From NCBI GenBank assembly GCA_964576115.1, contig CAZNUA010000034.1, forward strand, positions 1 to 37,806: a stretch of DNA of 37,806 bases. Reading direction: 5' to 3'. The notes beneath the pieces are model-generated. The model ran no database searches and was not told the origin of the DNA. It worked only from the letters and a program-made list of their open reading frames with translations. The position numbers were made by a program, and so were the translations under genes. This stretch comes from an uncultured Gemmatimonadota bacterium (lineage in GTDB: Bacteria > Blakebacterota > Blakebacteria > Blakebacterales > Blakebacteraceae). Below, in pieces: positions 27,921 through 36,377 of this stretch. The first letter of the stretch is position 1. Every line of letters begins with the position of its first letter.

Positions 27921-27998
27921 AGCGCAGGGGATCCTGACTATCCAGGCGCCTGAAGACCGGAGACCCTGAATATCCGGGCGTCAGAGGCGCAGGGAACC

Positions 27999-28979
27999 TC
28001 ACTTCTCAGCCGACGGGAAGAGGCGCTTTCGCCAGCGGTGCAGGGTGTGGCGGGTTTTTCGTCGCACAACCGCCAGCGGGCCCGGACGAGCCCGACGCAG
28101 AACCGTACGGAGTTTTTCAGGAACGTCGTCTGGAGCCGGACAGGCGGGCAAACTCTGGTCACCACCATTGCGGGGGTAGCCGAGCAGATCGAGCAGGGGC
28201 CCGGCGATCCGTAGAGCGGTGTCTTTCTGTTTCGGAGTCAGGACTTCACGCCACTGGCCCCCGGTACCGCGGCGGAGATGATCGGGGTGTTCGCGCTTCA
28301 TGCTCTCGAACGACGTGGCTTCGATGATGCGCTCGCATTGGCCGGGATCTAGGTCCACCTCCAGGTAGGTCAGCAGCCTTTCCAGCTCGGCGGCCGGTTC
28401 GACCTTCAGACGCTCATAGAATACGACGTACATGCCCTGTGAGAGCTGTGCGGGCCGTGCGGGACCATACAGCAGATAGGGCGCAACGTGAAGAACCCAG
28501 TCCCGCTGGGCCTGCTCGAAATTGTCTGTGAGCCACTCCCCGGCGCTCTCGTAGGGCACCGGGTAGTGCCGGCGCGAGTACGGGGTTTGAGTGAAATTGG
28601 CTGTTGATATGGCCACGTCGCGCGGATCGCGGCAGAGGTAGAGAATCTTTTCGAAGCGTTCGAGAAAGGCGGCACTCCGGTCACACCAGGGCGAGTGGGT
28701 CCAGACCAGGGTGGCCGTGTCGAGGTAGGTCTCGATGTCGGGGACCGGTTCCCGAACCCGATTGGCGATCCGCCAGAAAACCCCCTCCTCGGTGATGTCG
28801 ACCACGTCATGGCCGGCCTGATCGGCCTGACTCAACGACCACGAGCGGGCCTGCTCGTGGATCGGGTGGGTTTCGATCCAGCTGCCCTCCCAGCGTCCGG
28901 CAGCCTGCAGGATCTCGCGCAGCAGGTGATAGAGCCAGGAATTGCCACTCTTGGCCAGTCCGATCTGCAGCCAGCTCAT
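27999..28979 (-). CDS. PAPS-dependent sulfotransferase (Sulfotransfer_1 type)
   Basis: 5'-PSB GLAKSGNSW, 3'-PB YLCRDPRDVAIS, YERLK, C-terminal RRGTGGQWRE. Confidence 0.92.
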   Translation of the reverse strand: MSWLQIGLAKSGNSWLYHLLREILQAAGRWEGSWIETHPIHEQARSWSLSQADQAGHDVVDITEEGVFWRIANRVREPVPDIETYLDTATLVWTHSPWCDRSAAFLERFEKILYLCRDPRDVAISTANFTQTPYSRRHYPVPYESAGEWLTDNFEQAQRDWVLHVAPYLLYGPARPAQLSQGMYVVFYERLKVEPAAELERLLTYLEVDLDPGQCERIIEATSFESMKREHPDHLRRGTGGQWREVLTPKQKDTALRIAGPLLDLLGYPRNGGDQSLPACPAPDDVPEKLRTVLRRARPGPLAVVRRKTRHTLHRWRKRLFPSAEK

Positions 28980-28995
28980 TGCATTGGCCCTCGTT

Positions 28996-29115
28996 TCACC
29001 TCACCTCACCTCGACTCACCTTACCTCACCTCGACTCACCTTACCTCACCTCACCTCACCTCGACTCACCTCACCTCAACTCACCTCACCTCAACTCACC
29101 TCACCTCACCTCGCC
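28996..29115 (-). repeat. Intergenic pentanucleotide array, 24 units: (TCACC)n on +, (GGTGA)n on -
   Basis: 16 TCACC, 3 TCGAC, 2 TTACC, 2 TCAAC and 1 TCGCC in perfect phase; degenerate in-phase units continue to about 29150. Confidence 0.97.
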
Positions 29116-29178
29116 CAATCTCATCCCATTGTATCCTGTCTTACCTCACTCCCGTCCCCTCACCGGCCGTTCGATGCA

Positions 29179-30027
29179 TCACGGTTCATGTTCCCGCAGC
29201 GGTGGTTTGCCGACCGCCGAACGGTATGTATTGGCCAGCCGGAGCGCAGCCCGGTCACCCAGCAGGCGGGCCAGTCCGGCCTGTATCCTGACCCGCAGCA
29301 GGCGGGGGTGACACCATACAGGCCAACGGCTCACACCGTGTTCCCGCCGGGCCCGCAGAACCTCATGCACGGTTGCCACAGCGTAGCGCCGGCTGAGCGA
29401 GTAACCGCCTTCCTGCATGCCGGCCACGTCCAGACCGTCGATGAAGCGGGCCCCGGTCTCGCCCAGCGCCCGCAGGGCGAAGGCATAATCGCCGGCGATG
29501 CGATACGATTCGTCGAAACCGCCCAGGGTTTCGAACAGATGCCGGTCGAAAAAGGTGCTGGGATTGGGCAGGGCCATGTTCTCGCGCATTTTCACCCGGG
29601 CCTGCGGCCACGGTTCGCCGAGCGTCTCGAGCCGGCGCCCGGCCGCGTCGACGACATGCGTGAGCCCGTACACGATTCCGACCGCATTTTCGGCCTCGGT
29701 GAGATGGGGGACGGCCCGGGCCACGACCTCGGAATCCCAGAGGAAGTCATCGGCTCCCAGAAAGCAGCACCAGCGTCCCGAGACGTGCTCCAAGGCCTTG
29801 TTCCAGGCGTTGTATATGCCGCGGTCGGGGGCCGATTCCCAATACGTGTTGGCCCCGGCGCGATCAGTGAGAATCTCGATCGTACCGTCGGTCGAGCCAC
29901 CGTCCATGACGATGTGCTCGAAGCGGCGTGAACTCTGAGACGCAAGGGAGTCGAGCAGGCGGGGGAGGGTAGCGGCCCCGTTGAGAACCGAGGTGATGAC
30001 CGCTATGACGGGTTCGAAATCACTCAT
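29179..30027 (-). CDS. Family 2 glycosyltransferase (WcaE-like)
   Basis: MDGGSTDGT, SAPDRGIYNAWNKAL, FLGADD, GFDESYRIAGDY. Confidence 0.92.
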   Translation of the reverse strand: MSDFEPVIAVITSVLNGAATLPRLLDSLASQSSRRFEHIVMDGGSTDGTIEILTDRAGANTYWESAPDRGIYNAWNKALEHVSGRWCCFLGADDFLWDSEVVARAVPHLTEAENAVGIVYGLTHVVDAAGRRLETLGEPWPQARVKMRENMALPNPSTFFDRHLFETLGGFDESYRIAGDYAFALRALGETGARFIDGLDVAGMQEGGYSLSRRYAVATVHEVLRARREHGVSRWPVWCHPRLLRVRIQAGLARLLGDRAALRLANTYRSAVGKPPLREHEP

Positions 30028-30143
30028 GGCGCTCTATCGTAGGCCTGTACCATTATCCTCACGGTGTGCACTCTCCGGCCGGAGCCGGTGGTGGGCCACC
30101 CCAGGGCTAAGGTGAGCATAGTGATGCGGCGGCGAACCGTCAT

Positions 30144-31493
30144 ATGAGAAATCTGGCCAACATATTCCTGAAGAGCCTCGAAGAGGGAAGCGAGGAGTCG
30201 CAGGTGGCCCGGGGAAGCGCGGGTACCTTCTCACTGAAAGTGGGCTCGCGGGGTCTTTCCTTTGTGACCGCCGTCATCCTCGGTCGGCTCCTGGGGGCCG
30301 AGGGATACGGGGCCTATTCCTGGGCCATTGCGACGGTCGGCCTGCTGCTGATCTGCTCCCTGGCCGGTTTCGAACGGTTGATCGTCCGGGAGCTGGCGGT
30401 GTACCGGGCTACCGGACAGTGGGGTCTTTTCCGGGGACTGCTCCGGCGGGCCGCGACCGTGACCGGAAGCCTGTCGATCGGGCTGGCCCTGCTGACCGCC
30501 GTTCTGCTGCTGTTCCTGCGGCCGGTTCTGGAGCCGACCATGGCTGCCGCCCTGCTGTTGGCCCTGCCGATCCTGCCCCTGATCACCCTGATGGGTGTCA
30601 AGCAGTCGGTCCTGCAGGGCTTGCGCCGGGTTGCGACCGGGCATCTTCCGGGCCTGCTGGTGTTGCCCCTGCTGCTGCTGACCCTGGTCGTTCTCCTGCC
30701 CCTTCTGACCGGGCGGCCCCTGACCACCCAGCTTGCGGTCGGTTCGCACCTCGCCGCCGCCGCTGCAGCTCTGGCTGTGGCCCTGGTGCTGGTACGTCCG
30801 GTCATCCCCGGTGAGGTCAGGACCGCCGAACCGGTCTACCAGACGTCGCAGTGGATCAGAGCGGCCCTGCCGCTGCTGCTTGTCTCGAGCATGATCATGC
30901 TCAACCAGCGGATCGATATACTCATGCTGGGAGCGATCGGGGGAGCCGGCCAGACAGGGATCTACACCGCCGCCAACCGGGGTGCCGAACTGGTCAGCTT
31001 CATCATCAAATCGATCAACCCGGTCCTCTCGCCGCTCATCGCCGCTCTCTACGCCCGGGGCGAGATCGAGCGGCTGCAGCGGATTGTCACCAAGAGTGCC
31101 CGGGTGATCCTGCTCCTGACCGTACCGATCGCAATCGCGATGATTCTCTTCGGGCGCTGGTTCCTGCTTCTCTTCGGACCCGAGTTCGCGGACGGGACGA
31201 CCGCTCTTACCATCCTGACAGTCGGTCACCTGTTCAGTGCCGCCATCGGATCGGTGGGCATGCTGCTCATCATGAGCGGGCACGACCGCGACGCGGCCCT
31301 GACCTTTGCCGGTTGCGGGGTGCTCAACATCATCCTGAATGCTCTCTTCATTCCTCGCTGGGGGCTGAACGGTGCCGCGATAGCGACCACCATCAGCCTG
31401 GTGACCTGGAACGTCATTCTCACCCTCGTACTCTCCCGGCGGATGGGTATTGCGGCCCATGCCTTCCGCCGGCTCGGGAATCGGAAGGAGTAA
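30144..31493 (+). CDS. Wzx-type polysaccharide flippase
   Basis: GRLLGAEGYGAY, IDILMLG, GIYTAANR, NIILNALFIPRWGLNGAAIAT. Confidence 0.92.
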   Translation: MRNLANIFLKSLEEGSEESQVARGSAGTFSLKVGSRGLSFVTAVILGRLLGAEGYGAYSWAIATVGLLLICSLAGFERLIVRELAVYRATGQWGLFRGLLRRAATVTGSLSIGLALLTAVLLLFLRPVLEPTMAAALLLALPILPLITLMGVKQSVLQGLRRVATGHLPGLLVLPLLLLTLVVLLPLLTGRPLTTQLAVGSHLAAAAAALAVALVLVRPVIPGEVRTAEPVYQTSQWIRAALPLLLVSSMIMLNQRIDILMLGAIGGAGQTGIYTAANRGAELVSFIIKSINPVLSPLIAALYARGEIERLQRIVTKSARVILLLTVPIAIAMILFGRWFLLLFGPEFADGTTALTILTVGHLFSAAIGSVGMLLIMSGHDRDAALTFAGCGVLNIILNALFIPRWGLNGAAIATTISLVTWNVILTLVLSRRMGIAAHAFRRLGNRKE

Positions 31494-31498
31494 GGGCC

Positions 31499-32356
31499 AT
31501 GGCCAACCGGCTTCCCGAGGGTGCGGCACTCCTGCTGACCCTGCCCCGTTCCGGCAGCACCTGGCTTTTCGATGCCCTGCGCGCCCACCCCGCCGTGGAG
31601 ATGCTAACTGCCGCGACCCTCTTCCGCCGGCTCGGGCTTCACGGTCGGCGCTATCCCCGCGATCTCTCCGAGCCCGATCCCGATCGGGGGCAGCGGATCG
31701 AGATCCGGCCCCGACAGTGGGCCTGCGTGCCCCCCTTCGAGGTGCCGGGGGCCGCCGAACTGATCTCCAAAGACACCCGGGCCCGGCGATATGCAGTCGA
31801 AAAACTCCACCCCCATTTCTACGATTGGGATCTCGACCGCTTCATCGAGCGCCTGGAACGACTCGAGCGCCGGGTTACGGTACGGCTGATCTACCTGGTC
31901 CGCGATCCGGAGAGCAGCATGCTCAGCTTCGTACGGTACCAGGAGCGCAATCCCGACTGGAACCCCGACGTATCGCGAACCGATCTGCCCCGCCGGACCA
32001 CCCGGTTCTATGAGGCGATTGCAGCCTGCCGGCGGCTCCGTTCCGGACCTGTTCTCGACTACCGGAAGCTGCAGAACGATTTCATCGGCACCCTGACCGG
32101 ACTCTTCGAGTACCTCTGGCCCGGGCGGGCGGAGGGGGAACGGGCCCGGGAGCGCGAGTTGGCCGAACGCATCGCCGCGGCCACGGACCGCAGCGGGCGC
32201 ACCTCGGGCCACGGTTCGTTCTTCGAAAGCCGGGCCGCCCAGACTGCCGACGACACTGCCGCCCTGTTGGTACAGATCGGCGGCGATCGGGAAGCGATCG
32301 ACCGCTGCCGGCGGGCCTACCGGCAGCTCGTGCCCGAAGACGGGGTGGAGGCCTGA
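31499..32356 (+). CDS. Sulfotransferase-fold protein
   Basis: AGGAG upstream of ATG 31499; LTLPRSGSTWL..AL.AHP (5'-PSB), EK, IYLVRDP..S (3'-PB), LDY. Confidence 0.82.
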   Translation: MANRLPEGAALLLTLPRSGSTWLFDALRAHPAVEMLTAATLFRRLGLHGRRYPRDLSEPDPDRGQRIEIRPRQWACVPPFEVPGAAELISKDTRARRYAVEKLHPHFYDWDLDRFIERLERLERRVTVRLIYLVRDPESSMLSFVRYQERNPDWNPDVSRTDLPRRTTRFYEAIAACRRLRSGPVLDYRKLQNDFIGTLTGLFEYLWPGRAEGERARERELAERIAAATDRSGRTSGHGSFFESRAAQTADDTAALLVQIGGDREAIDRCRRAYRQLVPEDGVEA

Positions 32357-32360
32357 GCCG

Positions 32361-33269
32361 ATGTCATCGCCGGGGCGTCTGCCGGCTGCGCTCTGGATGC
32401 GGGCCAGAACCCTCGTCCAGCTGCGCCTGCTGCGGCGGACCCCGATCGTCATCTACCAGATGGGCAAGGTGGGGTCGCGCTCGATCTACGACAGCCTGCG
32501 GGCGCAGGGCATCGGTCCGGCGATCCACGTCCACCGGATGAACCCCGCCCATATCGCCGCTGTGGCCGAGCGGAACCGGCGGGCCGGGCGGCCCCCACCC
32601 ACCGGAGATGTGCTCGGCCCCCTGCTGTATCAGCAGGCCGTGAAGCGGGGCCGGCCGCTGGAGGTCATCACCCTGGTGCGCGATCCGGTGGCCCGCAACT
32701 GGTCGGCCTTCTTCGAGAATCTCGACCGCTTCGCCGGCCCGCTCTCCGATCGACAGCGGCTCGATCCCTCCGAACTCAGGCGGCTTTTCCTCGAGGTCTA
32801 TCCGCACGAGATACCTCTGACCTGGTTCGATGACGAATTCCGCGCCGCGCTCGGGATCGACGTGTATGCCACCCCGTTTCCCCACCGGAAGGGGTGGCTC
32901 GAAATCGACGCTGGACCGCACCGGGCTCTGATACTCAAACTCGAGGCGGGGGATGCGGTCATCGAAGAAGCGGTCGGCGCTTTCCTGGGACAACCGGGGT
33001 TCAGACTGCAGCGGACCAACGTGGGGGTGGAGAAACCGTATGCCCGCCTTTACGATGAAGTGACGGGATCGCTCCGGCTGTCCGAGGAGTATCTAACGCG
33101 GATGTACGAGTCGCGTCTGGCGACCCATTTCTACTCCGCCGCCGAAATCGCCGCCTTCCGCGAACGGTGGGGGGGCGGTTCGGATTCCGCGCCGGCCGAC
33201 GATATCGCTCCCCGGACAGCCGGGGAAGCGGGCAGGAATCCGGAAACCGAAGGGAGCCCGGGCTCATGA
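32361..33269 (+). CDS. Putative capsular polysaccharide synthesis protein (NKWYS-type, sulfotransferase-like fold)
   Basis: IYQMGKVGSRSI, ITLVRDPVARNWSAFFEN, WFDDEF..LGIDVY..PF, N.G.EK.Y, HFYS. Confidence 0.8.
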   Translation: MSSPGRLPAALWMRARTLVQLRLLRRTPIVIYQMGKVGSRSIYDSLRAQGIGPAIHVHRMNPAHIAAVAERNRRAGRPPPTGDVLGPLLYQQAVKRGRPLEVITLVRDPVARNWSAFFENLDRFAGPLSDRQRLDPSELRRLFLEVYPHEIPLTWFDDEFRAALGIDVYATPFPHRKGWLEIDAGPHRALILKLEAGDAVIEEAVGAFLGQPGFRLQRTNVGVEKPYARLYDEVTGSLRLSEEYLTRMYESRLATHFYSAAEIAAFRERWGGGSDSAPADDIAPRTAGEAGRNPETEGSPGS

Positions 33270-33910
33270 CCTCGGAATGGATAGATATCAGCGCCACTAT
33301 CGACCCCGCCACCCTCCCGATCTGGCCCGACAGTCCTCCGGTCGAACTGACCCTGATCCACAGCCTCGAGGCGGGTGAAGAGTGGAACGAGACGCAAGTG
33401 AGTTTCAGCGTCCATACCGGCACCCATCTCGATGCCCCCGCTCACTTCATCCCGGGGGGCGGCACGGTCGAGGCCATCGCACCCGACCGGCTCTGCGGTC
33501 CCTGCCATGTAGCCGGCCTCGAGGGCCGGGATGTCATCACCGCCGACGATCTGGAGCAGGCCTCTGTTCCCGAGAGCGTCGAGCGGCTCCTGCTCAAAAC
33601 CGACAACGGTCGTCGGTGGGGACCGCAGTTCGATCCCGGATTCACCGGGCTGGATGTGAGTGCGGCCGGGTGGGTCGTCGAGCGAGGTCTGGAACTGATC
33701 GGAATCGATTACCTCTCGATCCAGGCTTTCGAAGAACCGAACGAGGTTCACCGCCGCCTGCTGGGAGCGGGGGTGATCGTCCTCGAAGGAATCATTCTGG
33801 CCGGTATCGAACCGGGCTTCTGGGAACTCGTCTGCCTGCCGCTCAAACTGGCCGGGGCCGAGGGAGCTCCCGCCCGGGCGATGCTCAGAACACCGGAGGC
33901 CGGGCTATGA
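33266..33910 (+). CDS. Cyclase family (kynurenine formamidase-like) metal-dependent hydrolase
   Basis: HTGTHLDAPAH, LIGIDYLS, VHRRLL, LPLKL..AEGAPARA; ATGA overlap. Confidence 0.92.
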   Translation: MTSEWIDISATIDPATLPIWPDSPPVELTLIHSLEAGEEWNETQVSFSVHTGTHLDAPAHFIPGGGTVEAIAPDRLCGPCHVAGLEGRDVITADDLEQASVPESVERLLLKTDNGRRWGPQFDPGFTGLDVSAAGWVVERGLELIGIDYLSIQAFEEPNEVHRRLLGAGVIVLEGIILAGIEPGFWELVCLPLKLAGAEGAPARAMLRTPEAGL

Positions 33911-34854
33911 GCGAGGCGTACCGCATTCTCATCACCGCCCCGTACTTTCTGCCGGTTCTGGAGCGTTTCCGCGACCGCCTCGAGGCGGCGGGGTGCGAGC
34001 TGGTCCCCTATCCCGTTACCGAACGGGCCGGTGAAGAGGAACTCCTGACCCGGATCGCCGGTATCGACGGCGTGATCTGCGGCGACGATGCCTTCACCCG
34101 CCGGGTCGTCGAGGCCACCGATCGGCTCAAGGTCATCGCCAAATGGGGAACGGGCATCGATTCGATCGACACCGGGGCCTGTGCCGAACGGGGGATCGCG
34201 GTTCTGAACACCCCCGACGCGTTCAGCCTGCCGGTGGCCGATACGGTTCTGGGCTACGCTCTCATCTTCGCCCGCCGGCTTCTCGAGACCGACCGTGCGA
34301 TGCAGGCGGGGGAGTGGTCCAAGCAGAGCGCCGCTGCGCTTTCGGAATGGACCTTCGGCATCGTCGGGGTCGGGAATATCGGCCGCCAGGTAGCCCGTCG
34401 CGCAGCCACCTTCGGTCCCCGCCTGCTCGGCACCGATATCGTCGAAATAGATGCCGGCCTGCGCGCCGAAACCGGACTGGAAGCGGTCGAATTGACGCAG
34501 TTGCTTGAAACCAGCGACGTGGTCAGCCTGAACTGCGATCTCAATCCGACCAGCCGCCACCTCGTCAGGACCGCCACCCTCGAACTCATGAAACCGGGGG
34601 CGGTTCTAATCAACACCGCCCGGGGAGCGGTTGTAAAAGAAAGCGACCTCGTTGCGGCCCTCGATTCCGGCCGACTCGGCGGTGCCGCACTCGACGTTTT
34701 CGAAGTCGAACCGCTTCCGGCCGACTCCCCCCTGCGCGGCCGGCCCAACGTCCTGCTCGGCCCGCATAACGCCAACAGCAGCCCGCGGGCCTGGGAGGCA
34801 GTCCACGAGAACACGGTCACCAACCTGCTGCAGGGCCTGGCCGGGGCGGAGTAG
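33907..34854 (+). CDS. D-2-hydroxyacid dehydrogenase (phosphoglycerate dehydrogenase-like, no ACT domain)
   Basis: KWGTGIDSID, GIVGVGNIG, LINTARG, GAALDVFEVEP, LGPHNA. Confidence 0.92.
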   Translation: MSEAYRILITAPYFLPVLERFRDRLEAAGCELVPYPVTERAGEEELLTRIAGIDGVICGDDAFTRRVVEATDRLKVIAKWGTGIDSIDTGACAERGIAVLNTPDAFSLPVADTVLGYALIFARRLLETDRAMQAGEWSKQSAAALSEWTFGIVGVGNIGRQVARRAATFGPRLLGTDIVEIDAGLRAETGLEAVELTQLLETSDVVSLNCDLNPTSRHLVRTATLELMKPGAVLINTARGAVVKESDLVAALDSGRLGGAALDVFEVEPLPADSPLRGRPNVLLGPHNANSSPRAWEAVHENTVTNLLQGLAGAE

Positions 34855-34916
34855 GGGCATACGGAAGCCGTCGCAGCGACAGAGAACCGGCACGAAGGCA
34901 GAGAAGGGACAGTACC

Positions 34917-35678
34917 ATGGAGAAACAGGTCGTTCTCATCACCGGCGTACTGGGTGGGATCGGGCTGGCCACGGCGGCGACCTTCCGGGCTGACGGGTGG
35001 CATGTGGTCGGGGTGGATGTCGCCGAACCTCCCGCGGGAACCAGCCCCGAAACCGATCGCCTCCTCCAGTCCGATATCGCCGATCCCGAAGCGGTCACCG
35101 CCCTGATCGAAGGGATCGCCGCAGAAGAGGGGCGTCTGGACGCTCTGATCAACAATGCCGCCGTACAGATCTGCAAGCCGTTCGAGGAGACCACTCTCGA
35201 GGACTGGGATCGGCTCATGAGCGTGAATCTGCGGGCGCCCTTCTGGTGCATCCGGCAGGCCCTGGAACTTCTGCGTTCCGGACCCGGGGGTTCGGTTGTC
35301 AACGTGAGTTCGGTCCATGCCGTGGCGACGTCGCAAGAAATCGCCGCTTATGCTTCGAGCAAGGGCGCTCTGGCCGCGCTGACCCGGGCCCTGGCGGTGG
35401 AACTGGCCGGGGAAGGCATCCGCATCAACGCCGTCCTGCCCGGGGCGGTGGACACCCCCATGCTGCGGGCCGGTTTCGCCCGCGGACACCTCGAAGGCGC
35501 CAACCTCGAGGACCAGCTTCGCGAGTTCTACGACCGGCATCGAATCGGGCGGATTGCTCGACCGGAAGAAATCGCCCAGGCGATCCTCTTTCTGGCCGAC
35601 AACCGCCGCGCGGCCTTCATCACGGGCGAGAGCCTGGTGGTGGACGGCGGTGTGACCGTCACCCTGAGCACCGAGTAG
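34917..35678 (+). CDS. Classical SDR oxidoreductase
   Basis: TGVLGGIG, INNAA, NVSSVH, YASSK, RINAVLPG, TGESLVVDGG. Confidence 0.93.
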   Translation: MEKQVVLITGVLGGIGLATAATFRADGWHVVGVDVAEPPAGTSPETDRLLQSDIADPEAVTALIEGIAAEEGRLDALINNAAVQICKPFEETTLEDWDRLMSVNLRAPFWCIRQALELLRSGPGGSVVNVSSVHAVATSQEIAAYASSKGALAALTRALAVELAGEGIRINAVLPGAVDTPMLRAGFARGHLEGANLEDQLREFYDRHRIGRIARPEEIAQAILFLADNRRAAFITGESLVVDGGVTVTLSTE

Positions 35679-35681
35679 ATC

Positions 35682-36377
35682 ATGGCTGATCGATTCACTG
35701 CCCTGGTGCCGATGAAAGGCCATTCCGAGCGTATCCCGGGCAAGAACCTGCGACCGCTGGCCGGCAGGCCGCTCTGCTTCCACGTCCTCGATATGCTGCA
35801 GGCGGTACCGGCCGTGGAGAGAATCGTCATCAATACAGATTCCGAGGAGATCGCGGCCGCCTGCCGGGCGGAGTTCGCGGTCACCATCCACGAGCGCCCC
35901 GGGGAAATCAGGGGCGATATGGTCTCGATGAACCGGATCATCGCCGACGATCTGGACCGCCTGCCAGAGGGCGAGTTCTTTCTCCAGACCCATGCCACCA
36001 ATCCCCTGCTGAGTGCGGTCACGCTCTCGGCGGCTGTCGCTGCCTGGCTCGGGGATCGCGAACGTTGTGACTCCCTCTTCTCGGTCACCCGGTATCAGGG
36101 CAGGTTTTACGACCGTGCCGGCGGGCCGGTCAATCACGACCCCGCCGAACTGATCCGCACCCAGGACCTGGCGCCGCTCTACGAAGAGAATTCCTGTTTC
36201 TACCTTTTCAGCCGGACCTCGTTCGCCGCGACCGGGCGGCGGATCGGAACCGCTCCCCGGTTGTACGAGATCGATCGGCTCGAAGCCATCGATATCGATG
36301 ACGAGCAGGACTGGCTGCTGGCCGAGGCTCTCTTCGAATTGCAGCGGCGCACTCCGGGCGGGGAGAACCGTCCGTGA
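35682..36377 (+). CDS. Acylneuraminate (ulosonate) cytidylyltransferase family protein
   Basis: VPMKGHSERIPGKN.R.LAGRPL, INTDS, QTHATNPLL, RTQDL..YEENS, DIDDEQD. Confidence 0.9.
   Translation: MADRFTALVPMKGHSERIPGKNLRPLAGRPLCFHVLDMLQAVPAVERIVINTDSEEIAAACRAEFAVTIHERPGEIRGDMVSMNRIIADDLDRLPEGEFFLQTHATNPLLSAVTLSAAVAAWLGDRERCDSLFSVTRYQGRFYDRAGGPVNHDPAELIRTQDLAPLYEENSCFYLFSRTSFAATGRRIGTAPRLYEIDRLEAIDIDDEQDWLLAEALFELQRRTPGGENRP

Noticed and set aside
27921-27998. Short direct (GCGCAGGG) and inverted (GCGCCT/AGGCGC) repeats as a terminator or target-site duplication
   Set aside because: Too short, long loop, no U-tract and no associated mobile-element gene.
28695-29931. Plus-strand ORFs with (LTSPH)n repeats
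   Set aside because: They are the translation of the pentamer array and lie antisense to two well-supported genes.
30073-30084. Perfect palindrome CTCCGGCCGGAG in the divergent promoter region
   Set aside because: GC-rich 12-mer palindromes are plausible by chance at this composition; I noticed no second copy.
33266-34854. kynB and serA assignments
   Set aside because: No kynA/kynU or serine pathway context, no ACT domain, and the genes are coupled within a glycan operon; family-level calls only.
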